From the human T2T-CHM13v2.0 reference genome, Homo sapiens: a stretch of DNA of 64,000 bases. The stretch's first letter is position 1. Each line of letters opens with the position of its first letter. The notes below the pieces were generated by a model. The model did not search any database. It was not told the origin of the DNA and worked only from the letters and a program-made list of their open reading frames with translations. The stretch lies in the NCBI RefSeq assembly GCF_009914755.1, contig NC_060936.1. One strand, 5' to 3'. Shown here piece by piece: positions 1 through 15,599 of the stretch. The position numbers and the translations under genes were made by a program.

Positions 1-236
1 AGGTTTTCTGTATCCACTCATCCAGTGATGAATACTTGAAGTGTTTCCATATCTTGGCTATTGTGAATAGTGCTGCGGTGAACATGGAGGTGTGGGTATC
101 TCTTTAAGATCCTGATTTCAATTCTTTTGAATGTATACTTAGAAGCAGAATTGCTGAATCACATGGTAGGTTTGCTTTTAAATTTTTGATCTCAGTACTG
201 TGTCCCATAGCTGCTGTATCATTTTACATTCCCACT
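1..236 (-). mobile_element. LINE-1 (L1MA/L1MB) ORF2 3' end/3'UTR fragment
   Basis: Antisense L1 3' motifs: 'ttccatatcttggctattgtgaatagtgctgc', 'attgctgaatcacatggtag', 'attttacattcccac'. Confidence 0.85.
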
Positions 237-356
237 TTTCTTTTTTATGTGTTTCTTAATGTGCTGTGCAATTTCACTTTCTGCAGTACATGAGGTGCCT
301 GGTTCTCAAGATGTTTTGATTTTCACATACATTTTTTAAATAAAACATATTTGTAT

Positions 357-777
357 TATTAAATTCAATTAAGTTTTGCCTAAGGTGTCTCGATACTTTG
401 AATCCCTACATAGCAAACTGAAACCCAACTTAGTTTGTAAACAAGCTGTAGCCTAAGAGTACAATCTTGTAACAAATAGCTGAGTCTCAGCCAATCACAA
501 CGAGTGAGTTTCAGCTGTTTACAGGCTGCCAGCTGACCAGATCATGTCCTTATGAGGCAAATGCCTTATCACAACACACTCAAATAAGGAAAATGCCCGG
601 CTATAATCAATCAAGCTGTTTCTGTATGTCACTTCCATTTTCGGTTTACAAATACTGTCTGTCCATGTTGCTGGAGCTTTCAGCCTCTTCTGGTTCTGAG
701 TGCTTCTCAATTCATAAATAGTTTTTTGCTCGAATAAACTCAGCTAAATTTAATTTATCTGAAGTTTTTGTTTAATA
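357..777 (+). mobile_element. Solo LTR, MER57 family (ERV1)
   Basis: 'tagctgagtctcagccaatcac', 'caaataagg', 'gctgtttctgtatgtcacttcc', end 'aataaactcagctaaatttaattt..gaagttttt'; 4-bp TSD gtat (353-356 / 778-781). Confidence 0.8.
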
Positions 778-1083
778 GTATCTAAGTTATAAAAAGGAAA
801 GTTATCCATTTTCAAAAGATACTCCCTAAAGTGCTGGTTTAAAGATGGTGTTCTGTGTTCATGCATTATCACTCCTAGCATAATTAACAGTAATTCCACC
901 AGGTATTACAACAAAAGCCAATAAGGATACCCTCATGGCTCTGGCAAGAAGAGAAGAAAAGTAAATATTATTAAATGCCCAAGGATGTCTTCTGTAACAA
1001 AGCACTACTCTCTAGGTAAAAGACTACCAGAGTCTTATCTCATCTGGGGGAAGATCATTTATTCCACTGCAGCTCCTTTTGGC

Positions 1084-1379
1084 TTTTTTTTTTTTTTTTT
1101 TTTTTTAGATGGAGTCTCGCTCTGTTGCCCAGGCTGGAGTGCATTGGCGCCATCTCAGCTCACTGCAAGCTCCCGGGTTCATGCCATTCTCCTGCCTCAG
1201 CCCCTGGAGTAGCTGGGACTACAGGCGCCCCCACCACACCCGGCTAATTTTTTGTATTTTTAGTAGAGATGGGGTTTCACTGTGTTAGCCAGGATGGTCT
1301 CGCTCTCCTGACCTCGTGATCCACCCACCTTGGCCTCCCAAAGTGCTGGGATTACAGGTGTGAGCCACCGCGCCCAGCC
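1084..1379 (-). mobile_element. AluY
   Basis: Full dimer with diagnostic 'gccattctcc' and 'gttagccaggatggtctcg'; TSD ccttttggcttt (1075-1086 / 1380-1391). Confidence 0.95.
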
Positions 1380-2402
1380 CCTTTTGGCTTTCTGATCTCA
1401 GCTAAGGTAAGAGGGGAAGAAAGCTAAGATACATGTGGAAAGGTCATAGTCCATATACTGAGGCCCACAAAAGACTGATGTTTAATTAAAAGATTAAAAG
1501 AAACACTTCTCCCTCATACCTCACCATCATATTCATAGAGTTTCAGCATAACAAAAGTGAATTATAGCTAAAGGAGTTCAAACTTATATCTGAAAAGAAG
1601 TTCTTAGGGAAGCCCAAAGTCAACAGATAAGACAACGAAAACACTAAAGAAATTCCAAGTCTCTGGTCCTAGAGAAACAACAAAAATTAAAGACAGTTCA
1701 AACCCTTGCCTGATAAACATAAAACCTAATACTAAAAGTTTGTTTACCCCAGTTTTTATTACCTGATACATGAAGACCAAGATTAAACACAAAATTAAAA
1801 ACATGCTAAAAGACAGAAAAAACAAAAAGTGATCCAAAGAGACTGATTCAGAATTAGATTTCAATTTGATAAAGATTTTGAACTTATTGGATAGTTTAAA
1901 ATAACAATGACTAAGATATTAGGGCCCTAATGGATAAAGTAGACAACACACAAGAATAGAGAGGTGATATAAACTAAGATGGAAACTAAATAACAAAGAA
2001 TACTTAAAAGTCTTGTTCTGTTGGATTTCAAAAGAAAATGCAAAAATAGAAAAACACTGTAGCAGAAGTAAAGTATGCCTTTGATGGCAGTAGATTAAAT
2101 TCAGTGAAAGAAAGAATTGATTACCTTGAAGACATGTCAATAAACACTTATTAAACTTAAAGGCAAATAGAAAAAAAAAACAAGAAAAATAAACCTGCAA
2201 CAAAGCATGTAAGATCTGTGGAACAATTTTGAAATGTATAATACAAACACGATTGAAATATCAGAAAGAAAAGAAAGATAAAATTGTCAAAAAGATATTT
2301 TTGGAGAAATAATGGCCAAGAATTTTCCAAAATTAATGACAGACCCAAATCTAAAAATCTGGGAAACTCAGAAACTTTCAAGCAGAATAAATAAACATAT
2401 AA

Positions 2403-2404
<2 letters not shown>

Positions 2405-2440
<36 letters not shown>

Positions 2441-2443
2441 ACA
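2405..2443. repeat. (CA)n microsatellite
   Basis: Read directly; one interruption. Confidence 0.95.
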
Positions 2444-3042
2444 TTATATACTATATATGTACTTACAGCTAGGCATAGTATATGCAAACCACATAACAGT
2501 GTGATGAAAATAAAACGTTGAAATAAGTGAGAAGATAAATATTTATTTTACCTATGGTGAAAATGGATAAGAATCACAGATGACTTCTCATCAGAAACCA
2601 TGCAAGCAAGAGGAATCATATATCTAGAGAAATTATCTTTCAAAACAGAAAGAGAGATAATTTCTCAGACAAACAAACACTGATGAAATTTACTGCTGGC
2701 AGATCTTCTATACAGGAAATGTTAAAGGAGATTCCTCAGAGAGAAAGAAAATGATATAGGAAAGAAACAAATTCACAAAAGGAAAGAAAAGATTATCAGA
2801 ACAATAATAAAATAAAACATTTTATTTTATTATTCTAAGCAGATCTTAAACAAAGTTTGTTTAAAGCAATAATAGTAAAATTGTATTGGTTACTATTGCA
2901 TATGGATAAGTAAAATCAATGCCAGTAAAATGTTTGGGAGAGATTGAGAATACTGTTATAAGATAATGGTGATACCCATGAAGCAGGTAGTTTTGCTTAA
3001 AGGTCAACTTACATTAGTTAAAAATGTATATTGCAAAGTCTA

Positions 3043-3044
<2 letters not shown>

Positions 3045-3091
<47 letters not shown>

Positions 3092-3099
3092 GAGAGAGA
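3045..3099. repeat. (CA)n(GA)n compound microsatellite
   Basis: Read directly. Confidence 0.95.
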
Positions 3100-6000
3100 T
3101 TTATATTATTCTAAAAAGGAAAATAAAATGAAATCATATAAAATGCTCAATTAAAACCACATAAGGAAAAAAAAGAGAGAAATAAGAAATACAATTTATA
3201 TAGAATAGTTGAAAGATGGTAGATATGAACCCAACTATATCAACAATCACATTAAATGTGAATGGTAAATACAACAATTAAAGGACAGATCTTCAGAGTG
3301 AATAAAAGATCAAATATATATTGTCTGTGAGAAACCTACCTTAAATATAAGCACTCACACAAGTTAAAAGTAAAGAAATATGTATACCATGTTAACACCA
3401 ATTCAAAAATAGCTGGAGTACCTCTATTTTGGATAAAGCTGACATCAGAACAAAGATTATAAAAAAGTGAGGTTAATTCATAGTAAGTCAATTATCCAAG
3501 AAAACATAACAATTTCAAATGTGTATTTCTCTAACAAGAGTGTCAAAGTGCATGAAGCAACGACTGATAAAACTGCAAAGGAAATATATAAATTCAGTAC
3601 TACAGTGGGAGACTAATGTTCCTTTTTTAGTAATTGATAAATAAAGCAGATAAACAATCAGTAATGATATAGAAGACTTCAACAGCATTATCGGTATGAT
3701 CCAACTAGCATTTATACAATGATTTACTCAACAAGAGCATAATACACATTCCTTTAAAATTCAAATAGAACATTAACAAAGATGGAGCACATTCCAGGTC
3801 ATAAAACACATCTTAACAAACTTAAAAGCGTTAACTTTTTATAATGTATATTCTCAAACCACAATGAAATTCAGATAAAAATCAGTAAAAGAAAGTCAGA
3901 AAAATCTAAAATATGCCTAAAATATGTGATGGTTAAATAATATAAGTAGCACACAGGTCAAAGAAAGCTCTCAAGAGAATTCTTTAACGAACAAAATTAA
4001 ATTCAAAATATAATTTATCAAAATTTGTGTGTTGCAGTGATAGCAGTGATAAATGTAAAGGGGAAATTCGTAGGACTAAAAGAGGATGTAAATCAATAAC
4101 TGGAGCTTCCACCTTAGGAAATTAGAGATGCAAAACAATTTAGCCCCAAAGCAAATATTACAAAAGATATAATATTAGAGCAGAAATCAATAAAATTGAA
4201 AGCAGAAAAACAATACCAAAATTCAATAAACCCAAAGCCTGATCTTTAAAAAATAATCAACAGAAATTATAAACCTCTGGAAACATTAGCAGAGAAACAA
4301 TGAAGATGCAAGTTGTGAATATCAAAATGAAAGACAGATCATCACTACTGAGGCTATGGACATTAAAATGTCTACAAAACTACCGTGCCTACAAATTTAT
4401 TAACTTAGCTGAAATGGACCAATTCCTTGAAAGACATAAACTACCAAAATGTACACAATAAGAAATAGACAGTATGAAAGGCCTGGGAAAATGGAATCAT
4501 TAATTAGTTAGCTTCCAAAAATTAAAGCACCAGACCAAGATGATTTTGCTAGTGAATACTACCAAATCTTTAAGGAAAAAAAAGATTCTATGAAAACATT
4601 TTAAGGAAATAAAGGCTGAAGTAATACTTCCTAACTTATTCATGAGTTAGGAATACCTAATATTAAAAACAGATAAAATCATTATAAGAAAGGAAAGCTA
4701 CAGGGCAATATTTCTTATTAACATAGATGCAAATTTCTGAACAAAACATTTACAAGGTAAATTCAACAGTGATTATAAGGATTATATACCAGGATCAAAG
4801 AGATTTTAGTCCAGGTTTGCAGAGTTGGTACGACATCAAAAATCAATACAATATACCATATCAACAAGAAAAAGAGAAAATATCACATGGTTCTATCAAC
4901 TGATGAATAAAGCATTTGACAAAAATCTAACAGCCATTCATCATAAACAATACCTCCTAGCCAAAGAGTAACAGAAGATACTTTCCCAATTTGATTTTTT
5001 TTAATCTACAGACGGAATACAGCTAACATCACACTGAATGATGAGAAACCAGATGTCTTTCCATATTCTTGGAAACAAGGCAAAATTATCCTCTCCTACC
5101 ATTACTATTTCACATGGTAATGGAAGTGTTACTTAGGAAAGGAATTGAAAATAATGGGAATTTTTTAAGACAATAAAAAGGAAATAAGAGACGCAGAATG
5201 GAAATGAAAAAACGAAACTATCTCTTTTTTGTAGATGACATAATTATCTGTGAAGAAAATTCCAATGAATCAACAAACTTCTGGAACTAATAAATAAAAT
5301 AAAATTTTATGTTTTTATAATTATATGCATATATCTAAGTGACCTTGGATTTGAAAATTAATTTTTAGATACAATGCCAAAAGCATAATCCATGAAAGAA
5401 GACATTGAAAATTTGAACCCTATGAAAAATAAAAATTTCTGCTCTGTAAACCACAGTATTAAGAGAATAATCAGTTAAGAATAGATTGAAATAAAATATT
5501 TCTAAGATATCTTTATTGTAAAAAACTTGTATCTAAAACATACTCAAACTCTTAAAACATAACAATAAGAAAATCAGCAACCGTATTAAAAAAAAATAGG
5601 AGAAGGGTATTAACAGACACCATGCCAAAGAAGATATACTAATAACAAATATGAAAAGACCCAACATTATTTTTCACTAGGAAATTTCAAACCAAAATTA
5701 ACATAGACCTATTAGAATAGTTAAAATCAAAAACTCTGACAGCTCCCTTATCTCCAAGAATGCAGAGCAATAGGAACTCTAATTCATTGTGAGAATGCAA
5801 AATGGTTCAGGAACTTTGGAAGGTTGTCAGTTTCATGCAAGGTTAAACATACACACGGTGTTCTCGTATCATCCAGCAATATGCTGTTAGGTATTTACCC
5901 AACTTATTTGAAAACCTACGGCCACAAAAAAACCTGCTCGTGAAAGTTTATAGCAGCTTTATTAATAATCACCCCAAACTGGAAATAATCAAGATGTCCT

Positions 6001-7710
6001 GCACAAATGAATGTGTAAACAAACTATGGTATAGCCATACAAATTTACATTGCATATGTATATTTCCGTCACTTGAATATTATTCAGTGATAAAAGAAAT
6101 AAACTATAAAGCCAAAAATATACATAGACAAATCCTAAATGCACATTACTAATTAAAAGCAGTCAGTTTGAAAATGCTACATTCTGTACGATATCAACTA
6201 TGTGACATTCCCAAAATTTTGAAAAGATAAAATTATAATGACAGTAAAATATCAATGGTTGCCAGAGGTTTAGGGAAGAGGAGGAAGGGCTAAATGGATA
6301 AGGCACAGGGGATTATTTGGAGCATTATATCTATTCTGTATGATGCTGTAATAGTAGCCATGTGACACTAGACATTTACTAACTCATAGAACTTTCCAGT
6401 ACAGAAGAGTGAACCTGAATATACCCAAAGTAAAAAAGAAAACAAAACTATAAGTTTTCGTGGGGTGATCTCAGGGTGGATTCAATATATGTCAAAATAA
6501 ACTGTGTAACAAATGTATGAAACAGCCTCACTGAAGTGGATGGGAATGGAAAAATACCGAACTATATAACCTTTGGAATTGGTGGAGTCTTTACAGTTTA
6601 AGGCAAAACAAGCAACAACAACAACCACAAAAAACCTATGCAGAAGCCCACTTTTCTAGTCAATAAAGTTGTTCCTAGGCAAGTATGGATTAAATATTTT
6701 TATAGTGCTACACATGTATATGAATTTAAACTTTATATAAACGTAGGGTAGATGGTGGGAGATTTCTGAATGCTGAAATGGAAGGTCACAGATAAGTAAG
6801 GGGAAGAAGATAGAATTATTGATGTGGTCATCGATTACATTTGGAGATATCAGTATGAACTCATGATTAACTTTATATAGATACAGCTATTTAAATAGAG
6901 AGCTGTTTATAAATATGTATATATACTTGAATTAGTATATAAACATTTATCTCCTTGATTTGTCAGCTGGAAATGCCTACAAGGAAGAACTCACTGGCAG
7001 CAGTGACTATACCTCGTACCCAGATATTAATGATATTTATACTTTTCTCCATGAAGACAAATCAGGTATTCTTGGATACATAGGTTTCCTAGGACTAGGG
7101 AAGAAACTATAAAAGATGAGCCTGGAGCTTTCTGTAATGCTGCAGAGATCAAGGAAGTGCTAAAGACCAATCAACCAACAAGCAAACATATTAATAAGCT
7201 GTCAAAGAAACAACACTCAACTGAAAGTTTTCCCAGTGGTCCAAGATGGGACAATTTGAACACCACCAAAGCAGTTTTGATAATATTGGTTTAAAAGCCT
7301 AAATATAAATATTTACTTACTAAGATCCACACTACTGTAGATCAATGATTCAATAAATAAATAAATGAGGGAGAAGAAATGAATGTCCCATGCAGAAGAA
7401 TTCCAGATATTGTTGGTAGAAACTCTGCCCTCTAGGAAGTATAACTATTTACTCCTTAGGTGTAGTTTGCACAAAGTGACTTCCTTCCAAAGACTGCCAT
7501 GTGAATAGGGAGGAAAAGGCGTAGCTTTGCAGTGGAGAAACCTAACATACTCTATTTCAGCCAGATGATCAAAGTCAACATCCACAATTATAAGTCATGT
7601 CATCCTATAATGAAATAAAAACAGTTCAATGTTCTCCCTCTCCAAACCTATAAGCATAGTCTAGTTATGAGAATAAACCAGACAAATCACAATAGAGTGA
7701 TACTCTACAG

Positions 7711-8162
7711 CAGGGGTCCCCAGCCCCTGTCCACAGACCACTGGTAGCCTGGCCGCACAACAGGCAGTGAGCAGTGGGCCAGCAAACAAATTTTCATCTG
7801 TATTTACAGCCGCTCCCCATCACTTGCATTACTGCCTAAGCTCCAGTGTTAGATTCTCATGGGAGCAGTAACCATATTGTGAAATGTGCATGTGAGGGAT
7901 CTAGGTTGTGCGCTCCTTATGAGAATCTAATGCCTGATGATCTATCACAGTCTCCCATTACCGTCATCTCAGAGCGCCATTGATTCTACATTATGGTGAG
8001 TTGTATAGTTATTTCATTATATATTACAATGTAATAATAATACAAATAATGTGCACAATAAATATAATGCACTTGAATCATCCCGAAACTATTCCCCACA
8101 GTCTGTGGAAAAATAGTCTTCCATGAAACTGGTCTCTGGTGCCAAAAAGTTGGGGGCTACTG
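7711..8162 (+). mobile_element. MER1A (hAT-Charlie MITE) inserted in the L1MC 3'UTR
   Basis: Ends caggggtcccc...gggggctactg; internal 'catctgtatttacagccgctccccatc' and 'gattctacattatggtgagttgtat'; 8-bp TSD ctctacag/ctttacag. Confidence 0.92.
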
Positions 8163-8692
8163 CTTTACAGACTACATGAGCAGTGCTCCCCAGAAGTCTC
8201 AAGGTCACCCCCAAAGATGAAAAGAGTGAGAAATTGTCATAGCTAGGAGAAATGTTAGAAGACGTGATGTCTGAATGTAATGTATCCTGAATGAAATCCT
8301 GGAACAGAAAAATTATATTAGATAAAATGAAATCTGAATAAAGGAGGGATTTTATTTAACAATAATGTATCAATATTGGTTCATTAATTGTAAGCAGTAT
8401 ACCATCCTAATATAAAATTTAATAACAGGAGAAACTGTGTATGTGGTTAATGGGCACTCTATAAAAGCTTTGTAATTTATATAAATATAAAAGTGTTCTG
8501 AAAAATGAAGTTTATTTTTAAAGTTTTAAAAATCAATCAATGAATATTTTTAAATGCCTACCATGTGCAAAGGAATGTGATAAGAACTGCTTCAGGGTCT
8601 GAAGTGTTTTATCGACTCTTATTATATTTCTCCATTATTTAAAGTTCTGAAAAATGACATATAACATTTATTTGGCACAGTAAAAAATTGGG

Positions 8693-9082
<390 letters not shown>

Positions 9083-10468
9083 TCACAAGAGTTTTAATAT
9101 ATTTCTTAATTACTGTAATCTTGCAATAAATCTTGCAGAAGTAAATGAGAGATCAAAATACTTTTCTGTTTCATTTTCATGAAATTCAATTCATAAAACA
9201 TTTCAAAACAATTTATAAAAAATTAAGTGCTTACAAAAATATATGCTCTCAATCTTCTGCATGCCTCTACATGTACTATTTTAAATCATATTTTAACAAC
9301 AAATATTTTTATGTTAATTTCTTATTCTTAATATTAAATGAGAAGTCAAACTTTAAAAAAGTTGAATGACATGCCTGCATTGTTTTTAATGCTCTTGATG
9401 CTGAATGTTTCTTTCTAATCTTTTTCTAGTTTGATTACAAGACTCCATGACAGAGAGTAAAATGCTTAAAACATTTCTTCTCATTTTTCATTTACTCAAA
9501 TTTCAGTCTACTTTAATATTACATTGTCCAGCATTTCATTTAATAATATTAAATTTTTAATCAAAAAGAAGTCTTAGAAGTACTTTAATGGAGGGTTTAT
9601 TATAACAGCTTAGTTTTTTTCTCTTGCCTTGAATGTCTTTCTCCATCATTACCACCTCCTGTCAGCTTGGATCACATTTGCCTTTCTTTGAAGATGTAAC
9701 TCATGTATTACTTCTTTTATAAGACTTGTATGAGTATTGTAGTGGAAGGAGACCCTCTTTGTTTTGAGAATCCGATGAATCTCAAATATATTTTTATCAG
9801 AGCCAATCACTGATACATATTAATTGTTCAATAAACCTCTGTTGATTTTTTAAATTCATGTCATGTGATGTCAGTCATTTGATAATATTTATATGGCTCA
9901 CCACTAAATTATAAGTTTTTTAATGTTCCAAAACATTTTAGATTTATTTCTGGATCCCCAATTGCTTTGTATGGAATATGAACACAAAATAGGCACTGAA
10001 TAAATTTTTGCTGAAGAAGTGTCTGAGTCTAAGGGTTTTGGTGACTTCCCCACTGTCTACATAGCCACCACATCTGGTAGAGCAGTGCCAATATTGAGTA
10101 CATTTTACACTATTTGTATAATACTTTCAAAGATTATTACATCTCTATACACAAGTATGCAATCAACCGTTTGTAGCTCATTGCTGCAAGCAAACATGAA
10201 CTTCTTTTGAGCATTAGCAAGAATAGCTGGTAATAATATAGTTAGATTTAGGAATGAATTTGCATTTTAAAAATCATGTTGTGTAAAAAAGCCAAGTGAA
10301 ACGTATGATGATTTTACAATTTGGGAAAAACATTAACAAAAGGTGGAATGGCTTCATTTTTGCTAACATTACCTGAACCCTTAAAATTCCCAAGCCTGGT
10401 TCATAAATAGCTCCTGTGATTAACATTATTCTAGGGACCTCTAGCTCACCATAGAAAGCTTTAATTGT

Positions 10469-10826
<358 letters not shown>

Positions 10827-10830
10827 TCAG

Positions 10831-11151
<321 letters not shown>

Positions 11152-12204
11152 TCAAATCATTAGTTTTTACCGATAATTTTTCTCCAGAATTATTGTTAGG
11201 TTCGTATTCTTCTGTAACTGGTAGTAGACATTGCTGTGGGATTATAGGTAAGAGAGTGACCTAAGACGTTTTATTAACCTGAATTATCAAATTAAGGGCA
11301 AAAGCCAGTGATGCATCATGAAACTCTATACATGATGAGGCCTAGAGAAATATAGAGCGCCAAATCAGATCTTTGAAAGAGTCATAACTAGAAAAAGAAG
11401 AAAGTACGTCGTTGAGGGAAAAAAAGCAGTTCTGAGGAAAATGATAAAGAAAAAAACTTTAAAATCATTTAATTTTATAATTTTCAATTAAATTCCAGGG
11501 TGCTTAAATAATTTGTGTGTAAATGATGCCAGAAGATTAAGATGTAGGTTTCAGATATTGTTGATTTAAAAAATCTAGATTTTCAGAAAACATAAATTAT
11601 GCATTTTATAATGACCAATAAGCTTGCTAATGGTCCATAAAAAATTATTTATTCTATTATTAGATATATAATGTAACAAATTTTATCCAAAAATGACTTA
11701 GTCTGATTTTCCAAGAATAAGTGATGCCAATAAAATCTCATAAACAAGTATTTTTATTACCTTTATATACATTTATTTTAATATATCAGCATCAATACCT
11801 GTGAGGGCAACATGATTAACACTAAAATAGTGTATTTTCTTTCAGTGGTTACCTGTCCAGTGTGGATGTTACATATTGACTACTCTCACAACATTAACTT
11901 TGGAGGTAGTGAAAGATTGTAAATAAGCTTAAAAATTAATTTTCAATGGCACCCTTGAGGGGATTATATATCTTGGGGTCCATAAAATGCAAGACTAATA
12001 TTAATGGGTGTGGTAACAATTGACTAGATGCTCTCTAAAAGTGAATTGCCTTTACTTCATGACTGTATAGCTAGACTAAATTTATCATTCTCTCTTTCAA
12101 TAAGATATGGTCAAATAACTGATTTGTCACCAATATGGATAGAAGTATGTATGTCACTTGAAAATAGGGCCCATAAAAACTTTTTTCAGAAGTACTGATT
12201 TCAT

Positions 12205-13606
12205 TATTTACTATTAAGCCGCAGTAATCAAACCAGTATGGTGTAAGGATGAACATATATATCAATGGAATAGAATTGAGAGTCCAAAAATAAACTCTCT
12301 CATCTACAGCAAATTCATTTTTAACTAGAATGCAAAGATCACTCAATGGGAAGAGAATAGTCTCTTCAACAAATGGTGCTGAGACAGCTAGTTATCCATA
12401 GGCATAAAAATAAAGTTGTATACTGATCCCACACTGTATAAAATACAATTCAAAATAGATCAAATAACTATAAGAGCTAAAACTATAAAACACGTAGAAG
12501 AAAATACAGGGTTAAATCTTTAATACCTTGGATTTAGCACTCATTTTTTTAGATATGCTACCAAAAGCACAAACAATAAAAAAGGTAAATTGGTGTTGAT
12601 CAAAATTTAAAACTTCTGTGCATCAAAGGGCACTATCGATGGAGTAAAAATACAACCCACAAAATGAGAGAAAATATTCGTAAATCATATATCTGATAAG
12701 GGTCTATTTTCCAGAAAATATTTTTAAAAACTATTTCAAGTTAACAACAAAAAGACAACCCAATTAAAATTTTGTCAAAGTCTTGAGCAGACATTTCTCT
12801 GAAGAAGAAATATATTTGAACAATGGGCACAGGGTAAGATGTTCAACATCATTAATAACTAGAGAAATACATATCAAAACCTCTGTGAGATACTCCTCAC
12901 CACCCAAAAGAATATAATTATTTTAAAATTTGAAAATTAAAAGTTTTGAAGATTTAGAGAAATTAGACCTCATGCAATGCCAATAGGAACGTAAAATGAC
13001 ACAGCCACGTTTGAAAACAGTTTGGCACTTCCCCTGTAAGTGAAACATAGTCTTTCAATATGGTCGATCAATTCTCCTCCAGGTTATGTACCCAAAATAT
13101 CTAAAAAGAGGTGGCCAAAAAGAACTTCTACAAAAATGTTTATAGCAGCCCTATTTACAACAGCTAAAGATGGAAACCAATCCAAATGTCAAGTGGTGGA
13201 CATTGAGTAAACAATATATTGTATACCATTCAATGGAACATTATTCAATCATAAAAAGGAAAGAAATCCTAATAAATGCTGTAACATTAATTAACATTAG
13301 AAAAATTATGGCAAGAGGCCAGATACAAAAGGTCACTTATTCTATAACTCCAGTTATATGATATTATCCAGACTAGACAAATCCACAGGGACAAAACAGC
13401 AAATTAGCAGTTGCCACATGCTGAAGGAGGATGAGAATAGGGAGTGACTGCTTTAATGGATATAGATTTCCCTTTGGAATAAAGAAAAATTTCTGGAATA
13501 AGATAATGGTGAAGGTTGCAAAAATATGGTGACTGTTATAAAAGTCACTGAATTACTCTTTAAAATGTTGAATTGTACACATGTGAATTTTACTGCAATA
13601 AAAAAG
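12205..13606 (+). mobile_element. 5'-truncated L1MB (ORF2 3' part and 3'UTR)
   Basis: 'atcaatggaatagaattgagagtcca', 'tctcttcaacaaatggtgctg'; 3'UTR ends 'gtgaattttactgcaataaaaaa'. Confidence 0.88.
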
Positions 13607-14979
13607 CTATTGAATATAAAGAAATAATTCTATTCAGAATAAAATATTTTATAGGTTTTCCTGCAACATATGTTCCCACAGCATGTTTTCATGCCCTGTT
13701 AGAATTCAACACTGAACAAGCAATTGCCAGAGATAGTCTAATTCACCTAAATTATTACATTTTTTGTCATCCTGTTATATATGAACATATAGTACTCACA
13801 TGCAATATTACTTTCAAAGTAGAATTTATTTACCTTTTTGTAACCTATGGCAGCTTATGAAATTTTTTGTTAATATTGAAAAAATAAATAACATGAATAT
13901 GTTGAGGAATTCTTTTCTGTCTCCTACAATGAGATTTGATGTCTGTTACATATCAAAGGAAGCATCTGCTCACTCTTAATGAATATTTTATCCTTCAGGA
14001 TATATGGGATTATGTTATATGCTCATAAATATAGTAAACTCAGTTATATTCTGACCATTTTATAGATCTGTACATTCTTCTTCATAGTTATTAGAAATCC
14101 ATAAAACAAAGAAGTTTAAATGGCTGTAATTTTGTGGCATAGTGTTTAAAAAATAACCGTCATTTGGCTGTTTTTGTGTTTATCAGGATCAGTTCTTTAA
14201 CTTACTTAAATCCAGCTTTCCATAATCATCACAATGAGAAGGCCACTCACTACTCTCACGTGCTCTCTTGAAATAAGGTGAATGAAATAAATGAACAGCC
14301 TATAATTAAATAAAAATATCTGAAGCCGTATTTATTCTGAGTCCAAAGATAATTTATTTTAATTATATTCTACCCACTGTGTAATCATTCAGTCTGTAAT
14401 ACTGGTTCTAACCCCTTTGTTCAGTATTTATCAAAAGCAGAAATTACAAAGGTAAATGAAATACATTTTGATAAGAAGGTATTTGCATTCCACTAGAAAT
14501 ACGCTTTCCTTATACATATTCATATGTGTTAAACATTTTATATATTTTTATGGAATGTTGATCACTTAAGTTCATATATCCCTCATATACTTCTCTCCCT
14601 TACTCTTCCTCTCTCATTTTTGTAATATGGCTTCCACTTCTGGCGCAATTTCTGATGTTATATATTTTCTCTATGTCTGACATTGAAGTCAGGAACATTT
14701 TCCATAACATTCACATGCCCCAAGTCCCTTCAAAGTGTTTGGGTATGCCCTAGGCCAGGAAAGCACCTCTCCTTGGCTGACCATACAAGGGAAAGGAATT
14801 GGAATACCAAGTCAAGATGGATTCTAAGTATCTTCTGATATATTACCAATTTCTCCTTTTTCCCAGCACCAAAGGATTTCTTTCTTTCAGAATGTTGCAA
14901 TGACCTCTTCACTGATATATTTTCCTTGTGGAACCACCATTCTGCAATTCATTTTCCTCACCATCATCTTAATGCTCTT

Positions 14980-15450
14980 TATGATGACAAACTCGATAAT
15001 ACCATTTTCCTGCCAAATTTCTTTAATGGCTTTCCAAGCTTATATACTTTCCAAGTTATTTATTATGGCACTGACCTTTCAAAATCTGCATCTACTTATT
15101 GTATCTATAGATTATCTCAGCTCCTCTTTTTCATTGTCTGAGCACCAGATACATGATGCAGATATCAGACTGCTCCAAGTAACACATATTCTTTCCTTTC
15201 TTCATTTGGAAATTAGGAAATTATGTTATTTTAGTATGGATTATTCTTATCTGCGTAGTGAACATTTATTCAAACTTCAATACGTATGCTGCAGTTTCAA
15301 TATCTTTGAGAAGTTTTATCTTCTTTTTGAAGGCGAATATAAGACCTTTCTTTTTTTGCTTCTTTCCTGCAGCACTTTGTAAATGTCTCTGTTGTTTGTC
15401 AGTGTGCTATTGTAGTTGATTGATTACCATCTGTCTTATCAAGTAGATTT
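14980..15450 (+). mobile_element. Possible highly decayed L2 fragment
   Basis: Pyrimidine-rich; weak resemblance to the L2 3' region ('atggcactgacctttcaaaatctg'). Confidence 0.35.
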
Positions 15451-15599
15451 TTCTCTCATGGTCATCCTCCTATGTCTTTGATCTTATTTTCTCTATCTCT
15501 TTTACAGTTTTCAGGGGCTGATATTCATTACTTTGCATTTCCATGTATATTTTTCTTTAACATGTGATGACATTGATGCTGACAATACCTATGGAGAAA

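Larger units (their letters stand above)
900..8525 (+). mobile_element. Near full-length old LINE-1 (L1MC3-like), interrupted by Alu and MER1A
   Basis: ORF1 remnants ~1800-2780 ('gccaagaattttccaaaattaatgacagac', 'gacttctcatcagaaaccatgcaagcaaga'); ORF2 endonuclease from ~3220; RT 'tttgtagatgacataatt' ~5230; C-terminal region and long L1MC-type 3'UTR to ~8520. 5' boundary approximate. Confidence 0.85.

Noticed and set aside
14187-14277. AG...GT bounded segment (also 11846-11905, and isolated minus-strand donors near 38020 and 56036)
   Set aside because: Splice-like motifs only, with no coding signal or linked partner; expected by chance in 64 kb.
14900-15382. 160-aa hydrophobic ORF
   Set aside because: T-rich composition explains the F/L/I bias; it overlaps probable L2 decay and has no recognisable family or splice structure.
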